From a virus: 64,000 nt of DNA. The DNA lies in IMG/VR virus record IMGVR_UViG_3300020419_000004, one strand, 5' to 3'. Below are positions 48,101-55,436 of this stretch, in pieces. The notes under the pieces are model-generated. The model worked only from the letters and a program-made list of their open reading frames with translations. It was not told the origin of the DNA and searched no databases. A program made the translations under genes and the position numbers. The number at the start of each line of letters is the position of its first letter. Positions within the stretch are counted from its first letter, which is position 1.

Positions 48101-50615
48101 CGCACAATCATATAACTTTACAACAACTGGAACTGGTGTTCTAGTTACAATCACACAGCAACCAACTGCAACGAGTGTTGAAGCGGGTTCTGGAAACACT
48201 GCTACCTTCGGTCCTGTATCAGGTATTAGTTCTGATGGATCTACAATCCTATTCCAATGGGAGTTCTCAAGTAACGGTGGAGCAGGTTGGTCTAACGTTG
48301 CTAACAGTGGTGGATATAGTGGAGCAACTACTAACACTCTAACTGTTGATGATGACTTTTTAAAGAATACTTATCAGTTCCGTTGTAAGATGGAAACTAG
48401 TACTTCTGTTGCACCATCTTATACTAATGCAGTTGTTCTAACAGTATTCAGAGTTATTACTATAAGCAATCAACCAACTAATCAACAACCTATGGCACCA
48501 GCTGCTGCTACCTTTACAGTTGCTGCTAGTACTGCAGATTCTGCAGTTGTCTCATATGCTTGGGAGAAATCTGAGAGTGGAGATGGAGTAACTTACACTC
48601 CTATAACTGGAGCAACCAGTGCATCATATACTACAGATGCTACAACATATGACGCTGACTTTGGCGACTACTATCGTTGTGTACTCTCATGTTCAGGAGC
48701 ATCAAACGTAATTAGTAGTGTTGCTCAAAACTTAGTACAAAGAAGTATTAGTATAACTGCACAACCAACTAACACAACTGGTGCTGTAGGTGGTACAGAA
48801 AGTTTCGGTGTTACTGCTACTACATCTGATAATGATGCAGGTGACATCACATACCAGTGGCAAGTATCAATAACTTCTGGTGCTTCATGGTCTAATGTAT
48901 CCACAGGAACTGGTGGTACAACAGCAACATATACTACTGCTACATTAACTACAACAGAAGACGGGTATCAATATCGTTGTTTACTTTCAGCAGCAGGTGC
49001 AACGCAGGTTCCATCTAATGCTGCTACATTACAAATAGAAACCGTTGCGGTAGTAGTATCATCACAACCATCTGATGCAACAGTTGAGGAAACTCAAACA
49101 GCAACATTCACAACACTTGGTGGTGTTACTATGTCACCTGTTGGTGGTAACGCTGCACAATCTTCATTCGAGGTAGATCAGTTTGATACGCCTAGTGGTG
49201 GAGGTGGAGGTTCTGCAGGTGGACAATCTGCTCATGAACCTAGCGTCACATATCAGTGGGAGAAATCTGATGATGGTGGTGGTGCTTGGGCATCAGTTGG
49301 TGGAGCAACCTCTGCTTCATATACAACTGCAGCGACAACATATGCTGTAGATCATAACGATCAGTATCGTTGTGTGATCAGTGCAGTGGGTGCTTCAACT
49401 CCTGCAACAACCAATGCTGTTACCTTAACAGTTCAAAGAACATTCTCTATTACAGCACAACCATCAAACGCTACTGCTAATGAAGGTGGAACTGCAACCT
49501 TTGCAGTAACCACATCTACAAGTAGTGGAACTACAACCTACCAGTGGGAAAGATCTGATGATGGTGGAGTAAACTATGTGACTGTAGGTGGGGCAACCAG
49601 TGCATCATATACAACTCCAACCTTAGTATATGCTAATGATGGCAGTGATCGTTATCGTTGTGTAACATCTCTTGTTGGTTCTGCTGCAGATATAACTTCT
49701 AACTTTGCAGTATTAACTGTTTTACGTGTCATAACAATTCAAACTCAACCACAGTCACAGGCTGTTATTGAGGGTGGCACTGCAACATTTAATATTGGAG
49801 CACAGATTACTAGTGATGTAATCTCATACCAGTGGCAGAAATCTACTGACAATGCAGTTTCATTTAATGCTGTCAATGGTGCAAATGCAGCAACTTACAC
49901 AACACCTGCAACAACATATCCAACATCACCATCAGAACAATTCCGTTGTGTATTAACTAACGCAGCTGCTACCACTGTTACTTCTAGTGCTGCAACACTA
50001 ACAGTCAATGAATCAGAATTTGTATCAGCACCTGCATCAGTAAGTCCATTCATTGATCCAGATACAACTAAGACTCTTTCAAGACAACCTGTCATCAGCA
50101 CAGCAGCATTTGTTTCTGAGTATGCAGGATCAACTCACTTCTCTAGTTTCTGGAGAATTAGAAGAGTTGTAGATAACGTGACAGTGTATGATACAGTTCA
50201 GACATTTGCTGGTGGTGATACTGGTAATTTAACATCATTAACTGTACCAAGTGGCACACTTGAGTTTGATAAAGCATACTCTGTACAGGTTAAGTTCAGA
50301 GATAACTCTGGTCTAGAAAGTGCTTATACAGCAGCAGTCACTTTCACAACACCATTTGTAGATCAACCAGACATTCAGACTATCACACCAGCATTCAACC
50401 CAACAATCAATGTTGATCCAATCCAATTGAAGAGTGGTTATCAGCATTCATCTAGTGATTGGCAGTTTGCTACTACGTCTGCATTCAGCACAATCGTTCA
50501 CCAATCTCTTGGTAACTCAACAAACTTAACACAATACACACTACCAGGTGCTGTAAACCTCAGTTCTAATACTACATATTATGTAAGAATTAGATTCAAC
50601 GTTAATCCTACCTAA
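45114..50615 (+). CDS. Subtilisin-family (S8) protease with cupredoxin-like, Ig-like and FnIII-like domains
   Basis: 1833 aa; catalytic Asp VLDTG (45948), His GHGT (46125), oxyanion SAGNG and Ser GTSF (46779); N-terminal prodomain-like segment; two H...Cx2Hx2M domains; six Ig repeats; two FnIII-like domains. GTG start supported by RBS spacing. Confidence 0.85.
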   Translation: MSILMKRVIVRVADRYSLDSAVAGILKTYGYLTFVTSYRSFSIITFDCPEKYSTGMIEKLRALSVVKKVSWDEADKFSLDPVDTGALTVETSGSTSLNNTGETNAQSNTRNLTGSGGGTIFVKVQNISGSNYYTFSASAGGTYSRYNNQTGFLQGSTYTFDQSDPSNATHPLRFSVDPDGPHTSGGSQMTTGVTVTGTPGQAGAQVEIVIGTSTPSILYYYCTAHSGMGRYGAAPDRFGTINVHDYWHLDRISKQDRQYLNGQFSFSHSGDGVDIYVLDTGVRGASRPTGNNAALHPELYDPDFVSDLNGTSEQQNYRVYEVTGYTSPYSTNEDDNGHGTYCAIMSAGRTAGISRNAKIYALKCFNSGLSGSYTDILGAYQAVIDHNDSGNANYKGNNRPAVINSSFGPTIPTESYPYVELNDSGDDSGTDEEILDDIEGTIAGTKNLIIVRSAGNGFKNSSDGFAGPIQGKMIAGTRTAGYSDNTNGGVNYTDTNQNKIAVGASEYNDRWADFSNYGAGVTTVAPGARLLTPAYDWTANTPYTSAANYQTIAGTSFSGPLVAGIIAAWCGKNGYTLTTNNLPGLAKTFMRTGGVTGDITRGATANYPTNSIDDKRLIDNPYETLAGSSFLVVKFDPADNSHFIGNVGKKCQLRATGSTAGAGGTAASTFNITTTAPSSSYYTLSGTDRNGAVSGNNAGVTVYVGDTINFNLSSVSGSHPFYIKSVQGTGTGNQVSTPTATGQGSTGTTTVSWVPNTVGTYYYQCSAHNGMNGTITVSSAPGGSGGVTVGGIDVSGLAQSGWLTIQAENAVNNTITVQNTTNATAGTTGGGTGNYLALVDPESKTHESIDGVVSRSVTLRSQTDTQEAAGTGTYTNVVYYPLDSGVDFDYSGTGPSLTTKRGAFFPFVDTNVTWATGAGSIGGPFANGASVSIDLGLTGTTFASEPTFEAYTLSGDSIAASGLGLDTATGILSGTVTADYLDTSFNFTVTENTTGNAQSYNFTTTGTGVLVTITQQPTATSVEAGSGNTATFGPVSGISSDGSTILFQWEFSSNGGAGWSNVANSGGYSGATTNTLTVDDDFLKNTYQFRCKMETSTSVAPSYTNAVVLTVFRVITISNQPTNQQPMAPAAATFTVAASTADSAVVSYAWEKSESGDGVTYTPITGATSASYTTDATTYDADFGDYYRCVLSCSGASNVISSVAQNLVQRSISITAQPTNTTGAVGGTESFGVTATTSDNDAGDITYQWQVSITSGASWSNVSTGTGGTTATYTTATLTTTEDGYQYRCLLSAAGATQVPSNAATLQIETVAVVVSSQPSDATVEETQTATFTTLGGVTMSPVGGNAAQSSFEVDQFDTPSGGGGGSAGGQSAHEPSVTYQWEKSDDGGGAWASVGGATSASYTTAATTYAVDHNDQYRCVISAVGASTPATTNAVTLTVQRTFSITAQPSNATANEGGTATFAVTTSTSSGTTTYQWERSDDGGVNYVTVGGATSASYTTPTLVYANDGSDRYRCVTSLVGSAADITSNFAVLTVLRVITIQTQPQSQAVIEGGTATFNIGAQITSDVISYQWQKSTDNAVSFNAVNGANAATYTTPATTYPTSPSEQFRCVLTNAAATTVTSSAATLTVNESEFVSAPASVSPFIDPDTTKTLSRQPVISTAAFVSEYAGSTHFSSFWRIRRVVDNVTVYDTVQTFAGGDTGNLTSLTVPSGTLEFDKAYSVQVKFRDNSGLESAYTAAVTFTTPFVDQPDIQTITPAFNPTINVDPIQLKSGYQHSSSDWQFATTSAFSTIVHQSLGNSTNLTQYTLPGAVNLSSNTTYYVRIRFNVNPT
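48141..50009 (+). repeat. Six tandem Ig-like domains
   Basis: Repeated IxxQP...ATF...(Y/F)xW.xS.xG...Y(R/Q)xC pattern. Confidence 0.85.
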
Positions 50616-50616
50616 C

Positions 50617-51432
50617 ATGGCTAAAGCTTCAACAAGGCAGGGACTTATAGATTACGCACTACGTCAAAATGGTGCTCCAGTCCTAGAAATAAACATAGAA
50701 GATGATCAGATAGATGATCTAGTAGATGATGCTATCCAGTTTTACAATGAAAGAAATAGTGATGGTTACATCAGAACCCACGTAAAAATTAAGTGGACTG
50801 CAGACATGATTACCAACATGACTACTGATACCACTACTAGTATTGCATCTGGTACTTCTAATGCATTACCAGTCTCTTACCTAGAGCAGAATAATTTTGT
50901 TAAGATGCCAGATCATATCACTAGTGTCATTAAGGTATTCCCATTTGTATCTAAGAACGTAACAAACCTATTTGACGTAAGGTATCAGTGGAGATTGAAT
51001 GACCTCTGGGATTTAACGAACACAGAAATTTTGACCTATGAGATGGTCAACCGTAGATTGGAAGACATATATTTCTTACTAGAAGGACAGAAACAAACTA
51101 GGTTCCAGTTGAGAGGAAACAAACTTTACTTGGATCTAGACTGGAAGACTGATGTTAAAGAAGATGATTTCTTAGTTCTAGAATGCTATCGTGCTGTAGA
51201 TCCTACCGCAGATACTGATGTGTATAATGACATATGGATGAAGAGATATGTGTCTGCATTGGTTCAAAGACAGTGGGGTGCTAACCTAATCAAGTTCCAA
51301 GGAGCACAGTTACCAGGTGGAATTACTATGAACGGAGAGTTTATATACAACGAAGGCAAAGAGAAAGTAGCAAAGTTAGAAGAAGAAATGCTCACAGTCT
51401 ATGAGACTATGCCTATGGATATGATTGGCTAA
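50617..51432 (+). CDS. gp13: Neck protein gp13
   Basis: 271 aa; LIDYALRQNGAPVLEINIEDDQIDD, WGANLIKFQGAQLPGG. Confidence 0.92.
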   Translation: MAKASTRQGLIDYALRQNGAPVLEINIEDDQIDDLVDDAIQFYNERNSDGYIRTHVKIKWTADMITNMTTDTTTSIASGTSNALPVSYLEQNNFVKMPDHITSVIKVFPFVSKNVTNLFDVRYQWRLNDLWDLTNTEILTYEMVNRRLEDIYFLLEGQKQTRFQLRGNKLYLDLDWKTDVKEDDFLVLECYRAVDPTADTDVYNDIWMKRYVSALVQRQWGANLIKFQGAQLPGGITMNGEFIYNEGKEKVAKLEEEMLTVYETMPMDMIG

Positions 51433-52769
51433 TGGCAAGATCCACTTACTTCACACATGGTACTAGGAACGAACAGTTCTTATTACAGAATTTAGTAGAA
51501 GAGCATCTCAAAATGTTTGGGATGGATATACTCTATTGCCCTAGAGAGATCATGCAGACTGATGGTGTCTTTAATGAGGAAGTTATTGGTGAGTTTAATG
51601 ATGCATATATTATAGAAGCATATCTAGAAAACCCTGATGGGTTCCAAGGTGCAGGTGATTTACTTACTAAGTTTGGTGTAGCACAGGCAGATGAAATAAC
51701 TATGGTTATCTCTGCTCAGAGATTTTCAGATCTTATATCCCAATTCCTTTTACTAGATCCAGATTACAAAGCACCTGAGAGACCACAAGAAGGTGATCTA
51801 ATATATTTCCCACTAACAAGCAATTACTTTGAGATAAAATTTGTAGAGCATGAAGAACCATTCTACCAGTTAGGTAAAGGTTATGTCTATAAACTTAAAG
51901 CAGAACTATTCGAGTACAGTGACGAGCAAGGAGATGTCTTTGACAGCGACGAGGATCTTGTCGATTACGGTTACACTGTCAAGCATTACTACTTGCCTAT
52001 CAATGGTACTACTGCTACTGGAACTCCAACATTACTAAGTGGAGTTATAGATCAAGTCTACATTGATCAAAACGGATCTAAGTATAACGAAGCACCTACA
52101 GTTACTATCGGTGGAGATGGTAGTGGTGCAACAGCAACAGCATATCTTGCTAACATTACTTTGAGTGGTGGATCACCAACAGCATCCGCTATTATCAGAG
52201 CAACAGTTAAAGAGGGTGAGATTAGATCTGTACAGATTGTAGATGGTGGTGCAAACTATGATGAGGATAGAGTAACTCTAGTTGTTAGTTCCCCAGATAG
52301 TCCTGGTAGATTTGCAACTATACTCCCTACTTTTACCAATGGTGTATTGACTTCATTGAATATAGTCAATGGTGGTTCAGGGTATAAGAGTGTTAGATTA
52401 GTTGATATTGATAACGGTGGTACTGGATATACATCTGCTACTGCAACGTTCTCTGCTGCACCAGTTGGAATATCAGGAGCATTCACTGTACCTGAAACAG
52501 TCACTGGTAGCACTACAGGAACTACTGCAAACCTAGTAGAGTGGGATGCAAATGAAGGTTGGGTCAAACTGAAGTCCCCAACTGGTACGTTTACAATAGG
52601 TGAATCTATAGTTGGTTCAGAGTCTGGGGCTACAATTGTGCTAGATAGTAGGGACGAGATGGCAACTGCAGATCCTAAATACTCTGAAGCTGTTACTTTT
52701 GAGACAGCTGGCGATGATATCATGGACTTCAGTGAAGGAAACCCATTTGGAATAGCAGGTAACTTATAA
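51432..52769 (+). CDS. gp14: Neck protein gp14 with inserted Gly-rich modules
   Basis: 445 aa; EQFLLQNLVEE, LTKFG, RPQEGDLIYFP, EHEEPFYQLG, C-terminal DFSEGNPFG. Confidence 0.92.
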   Translation: MARSTYFTHGTRNEQFLLQNLVEEHLKMFGMDILYCPREIMQTDGVFNEEVIGEFNDAYIIEAYLENPDGFQGAGDLLTKFGVAQADEITMVISAQRFSDLISQFLLLDPDYKAPERPQEGDLIYFPLTSNYFEIKFVEHEEPFYQLGKGYVYKLKAELFEYSDEQGDVFDSDEDLVDYGYTVKHYYLPINGTTATGTPTLLSGVIDQVYIDQNGSKYNEAPTVTIGGDGSGATATAYLANITLSGGSPTASAIIRATVKEGEIRSVQIVDGGANYDEDRVTLVVSSPDSPGRFATILPTFTNGVLTSLNIVNGGSGYKSVRLVDIDNGGTGYTSATATFSAAPVGISGAFTVPETVTGSTTGTTANLVEWDANEGWVKLKSPTGTFTIGESIVGSESGATIVLDSRDEMATADPKYSEAVTFETAGDDIMDFSEGNPFGIAGNL

Positions 52770-53773
52770 TGTTAGGTGCATACACATACAACAAGATTAT
52801 TAGAAAGTGCGTCATAGGATTTGGAACACTCTTCAATAACATAGAATGCCGAAAGGAAAAAACAGACGGAACCATATACAGTAGGTTGAAAGTACCTCTA
52901 GCGTACGGTCCTCGACAGAAATTTTTAGCAAGACTAGAACAACAGGCAGATCTAAACCAAAAGGTTGCGATCACAGTTCCCCGTTTATCATTTGAGATGA
53001 CAGGGATATCATATGATAGTGCTAGGAAACTTGCTCCCATCACAATGAATTTGCAAACGGGCGATAAGGATACTGTGAGGAGACAGTACACTCCTGTACC
53101 ATATAATATAGACTTTGAATTAAATGTCATATCTAAGACTAATGATGAAAGTCTAGAGATCCTAGAACAGATAGTTCCCATCTTCCAACCGTCATATCAG
53201 ATGACTATTAAGTTGGTTGATGAGATGAAAGACTATAGGGACATTCCTATTATATTGAATAGCATCAATTACAGTGATGACTATGAAGGATCTTTTGATG
53301 ACAGAAAGATTACTCTAGTTACCATGAGTTTTACTTGTAAGACTTACATCTTCGGACCTGTTGGAACTCAAGGACCTATCAAGAAAGCAAAAGCAGATAT
53401 CTATACTACTATGCCTTCTGCTACAGCAACCAGACAGGTTGAGTATCAGGTCACACCAAAAGCACTTACCGACAAAAACAAGGACGGTACTACAGAACTT
53501 GCAGGTGCTATCACCGCAAGGAACCTCTCAGTTGAGGTAGTAGACTATAGCGACATTCCTACTCAATCATATATTGAGATAGGTAATGAAGTAATGTATG
53601 TCAAGAGTAAGACATCACCGAACAAGTTATCTGTTCGTAGAGCACAAAATGGAACTACTGCTGCAGCTGCAGTATCAGGTACACCTGTTGATCTAATTGA
53701 TGCTACAGATGATGCACTACTAACTAGTGGTGATGACTTTGGATTCTCGGAGAGCACTTCTTATTATGAGTAA
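52769..53773 (+). CDS. gp15: Tail sheath stabilizer / completion protein gp15
   Basis: 334 aa; FGTLFNNI, KVPLAYGPRQKFLARL, PRLSFE, PVPYNIDFEL. Confidence 0.92.
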   Translation: MLGAYTYNKIIRKCVIGFGTLFNNIECRKEKTDGTIYSRLKVPLAYGPRQKFLARLEQQADLNQKVAITVPRLSFEMTGISYDSARKLAPITMNLQTGDKDTVRRQYTPVPYNIDFELNVISKTNDESLEILEQIVPIFQPSYQMTIKLVDEMKDYRDIPIILNSINYSDDYEGSFDDRKITLVTMSFTCKTYIFGPVGTQGPIKKAKADIYTTMPSATATRQVEYQVTPKALTDKNKDGTTELAGAITARNLSVEVVDYSDIPTQSYIEIGNEVMYVKSKTSPNKLSVRRAQNGTTAAAAVSGTPVDLIDATDDALLTSGDDFGFSESTSYYE

Positions 53774-54179
53774 CGAACTAGACAAAGCATTTGATATTGT
53801 AGAAACAGTATCAGAGGTGACACCCAAACCTGAGGTCAAAGCACCTCCTAAAAAGGTGAATGCTAAAGATGAGGTACAGGACGACTATGAATATGCACGA
53901 GGAAACCTTTACGCCTTGGTGGATAAAGGACAAGAAGCTGTCAACGGTGCTCTTGATTTGGCTATGTCTTCTGATCACCCTAGAGCATACGAAGTTGCTG
54001 GACAACTCATCAAACACGTAGGTGATGTGGCAGACAAACTTATGGCACTACAGAAGGACAAAAAAAATGTCAAAGAAGAGAGTGCTAAAAAGGTAGTGAC
54101 TAACAACTCTTTGTTTGTTGGTAGTACTGCTGACCTTCAAAAGATGCTCAAAGACGCATCTAAGAAAAAAGATAAATAA
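53766..54179 (+). CDS. gp16: Terminase small subunit gp16 (start revised to ATG 53766; 137 aa)
   Basis: DYEYARGNL, SDHPRAYEVAGQLIK, NNSLFVGSTADLQKML. Confidence 0.92.
   Translation: MSNELDKAFDIVETVSEVTPKPEVKAPPKKVNAKDEVQDDYEYARGNLYALVDKGQEAVNGALDLAMSSDHPRAYEVAGQLIKHVGDVADKLMALQKDKKNVKEESAKKVVTNNSLFVGSTADLQKMLKDASKKKDK
54172..54178 (+). promoter_or_regulatory. Late promoter-like ATAAATA
   Basis: Overlaps the gp16 stop, only 5 nt before ATG 54184. Confidence 0.5.
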
Positions 54180-54183
54180 TCTT

Positions 54184-54441
54184 ATGGCATATCAAAGAAA
54201 CGACAAAGACTGTGACCCAGTAGATCCTCAACCAGGAAAGACTACGGTCAACCAATTCGCAGGTAATGAGGGTTGGAGTACAGTCACTTACGAAAACTTT
54301 AACGCTGACTATCAAGCTCGTAATACTAACAATACTGCGAGAACACCTGGCACATACCAAGCAAGGAATACTAACAATACTGCTAGAACTCCTGCAGCGT
54401 ATCAGCGTCATGACAAAGACAACAATGCGGTGACAGGATGA
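54184..54441 (+). CDS. 85-aa repeat protein (start revised to ATG 54184)
   Basis: MAYQRNDKDC...YQARNTNNTARTPGT YQARNTNNTARTPAA YQRHDKDNN; ATGA-coupled to the next gene. Confidence 0.7.
   Translation: MAYQRNDKDCDPVDPQPGKTTVNQFAGNEGWSTVTYENFNADYQARNTNNTARTPGTYQARNTNNTARTPAAYQRHDKDNNAVTG
54310..54399 (+). repeat. 2 x 45-nt tandem repeat coding YQARNTNNTARTP(GT/AA)
   Basis: Units 54310-54354 and 54355-54399; differences mostly at synonymous sites. Confidence 0.9.
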
Positions 54442-55142
54442 CTACAAGAATACCTACAATGTATGGAAGGTACTACGTTCTCACTATTGTATGGAGAGGT
54501 AGAGAATATGATATCACTGTCTTTAGATCTAAGTTACAAAAACTTCAGAGACCACAAGCACAGCGTATCGCTCAGAGTATCTACCCAAATAGTAAGGTAA
54601 TCAAGTATCATGAATCCGATCCAAGTGACGGACCTGTTGTATTAGCAACAGAATCTTTGAGACAAGCAAAGAAGAACATTGGTAGAGATCCCGACAAACC
54701 TTCCTGTTGGAAAGGTTATAAAGCAAAGGGAACTAAGATGAAGGGCGGTAAGTCAGTACCGAACTGTGTGAAAGAATTTGCTACGTTCATGGATGAAGCA
54801 AAGAAAGGTTCTAAAAAGAAAAAGAACCAAGTGAATGATGAAGACAAACACGATGCAGGTAACTTACCACCTGCTATGGGAGGACCTTTGGGAGAAGGTG
54901 CTGCATGGACAAAGAAGGCTGGCAAGAACAAAGAAGGTGGTTTAAATGAGAAAGGGAGGAAGTCTTATGAAAAAGAAAATCCTGGTTCTGATTTAAAAGC
55001 ACCATCTAAAAAGAAAGGAAACAAGCGAAGAGCAAGTTTCTGTGCTAGAATGAAAGGTATGAAGAAGAAACTTACTTCTAAAAAGACTGCATCTGATCCA
55101 GATAGTAGGATAAACAAATCTCTAAGAGCGTGGAACTGTTAA
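54438..55142 (+). CDS. Basic protein with DUF6321-like C-terminus, possible internal head protein
   Basis: 234 aa; CWKGY..KGTKMKGGKSVPNCV and AAWTKKAGKNKEGGLNEKGR...RRASFCARM...SLRAWNC. Confidence 0.7.
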   Translation: MTTRIPTMYGRYYVLTIVWRGREYDITVFRSKLQKLQRPQAQRIAQSIYPNSKVIKYHESDPSDGPVVLATESLRQAKKNIGRDPDKPSCWKGYKAKGTKMKGGKSVPNCVKEFATFMDEAKKGSKKKKNQVNDEDKHDAGNLPPAMGGPLGEGAAWTKKAGKNKEGGLNEKGRKSYEKENPGSDLKAPSKKKGNKRRASFCARMKGMKKKLTSKKTASDPDSRINKSLRAWNC

Positions 55143-55144
55143 TT

Positions 55145-55303
55145 ATGAAGACTAGAATAGAAGAATTAAAATCTGAACTCCGTGTTGTAGAGGCATTTCG
55201 AGACGTTGGCCGTGCCAAAGTTTTGAAATCCATGCTACAATATGAACTAAAGCAGGAGGAGTTCAGTCATGAGCGAAGTACCAGAGGATCGGTTAGACAC
55301 TGA
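55145..55303 (+). CDS. 52-aa hypothetical protein (not in ORF track)
   Basis: MKTRIEELKSELRVVEAFRDVGRAKVLKSMLQYELKQEEFSHERSTRGSVRH; starts 2 nt after the previous stop. Confidence 0.55.
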   Translation: MKTRIEELKSELRVVEAFRDVGRAKVLKSMLQYELKQEEFSHERSTRGSVRH

Positions 55304-55436
55304 TTGGATTGATTACGAAGGTGTAATAGGAGAAGATCCTGTGACACATCAATTCACTCTACAATTACATAGGCACCTATATTGGTTCCCAACCAAAGAG
55401 GAAGCTGAAGAGTTTCAAGTAACGCATGCCGACTAA
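55269..55436 (+). CDS. 55-aa acidic hypothetical protein (not in ORF track)
   Basis: MSEVPEDRLDTDWIDYEGVIGEDPVTHQFTLQLHRHLYWFPTKEEAEEFQVTHAD; strong AGGAGG RBS; overlaps the gp17 start by 11 nt. Confidence 0.65.
   Translation: MSEVPEDRLDTDWIDYEGVIGEDPVTHQFTLQLHRHLYWFPTKEEAEEFQVTHAD

Noticed and set aside
54310-54399. CRISPR-like mini-array
   Set aside because: Two adjacent in-frame units with no spacer and with synonymous divergence; this is a coding repeat.
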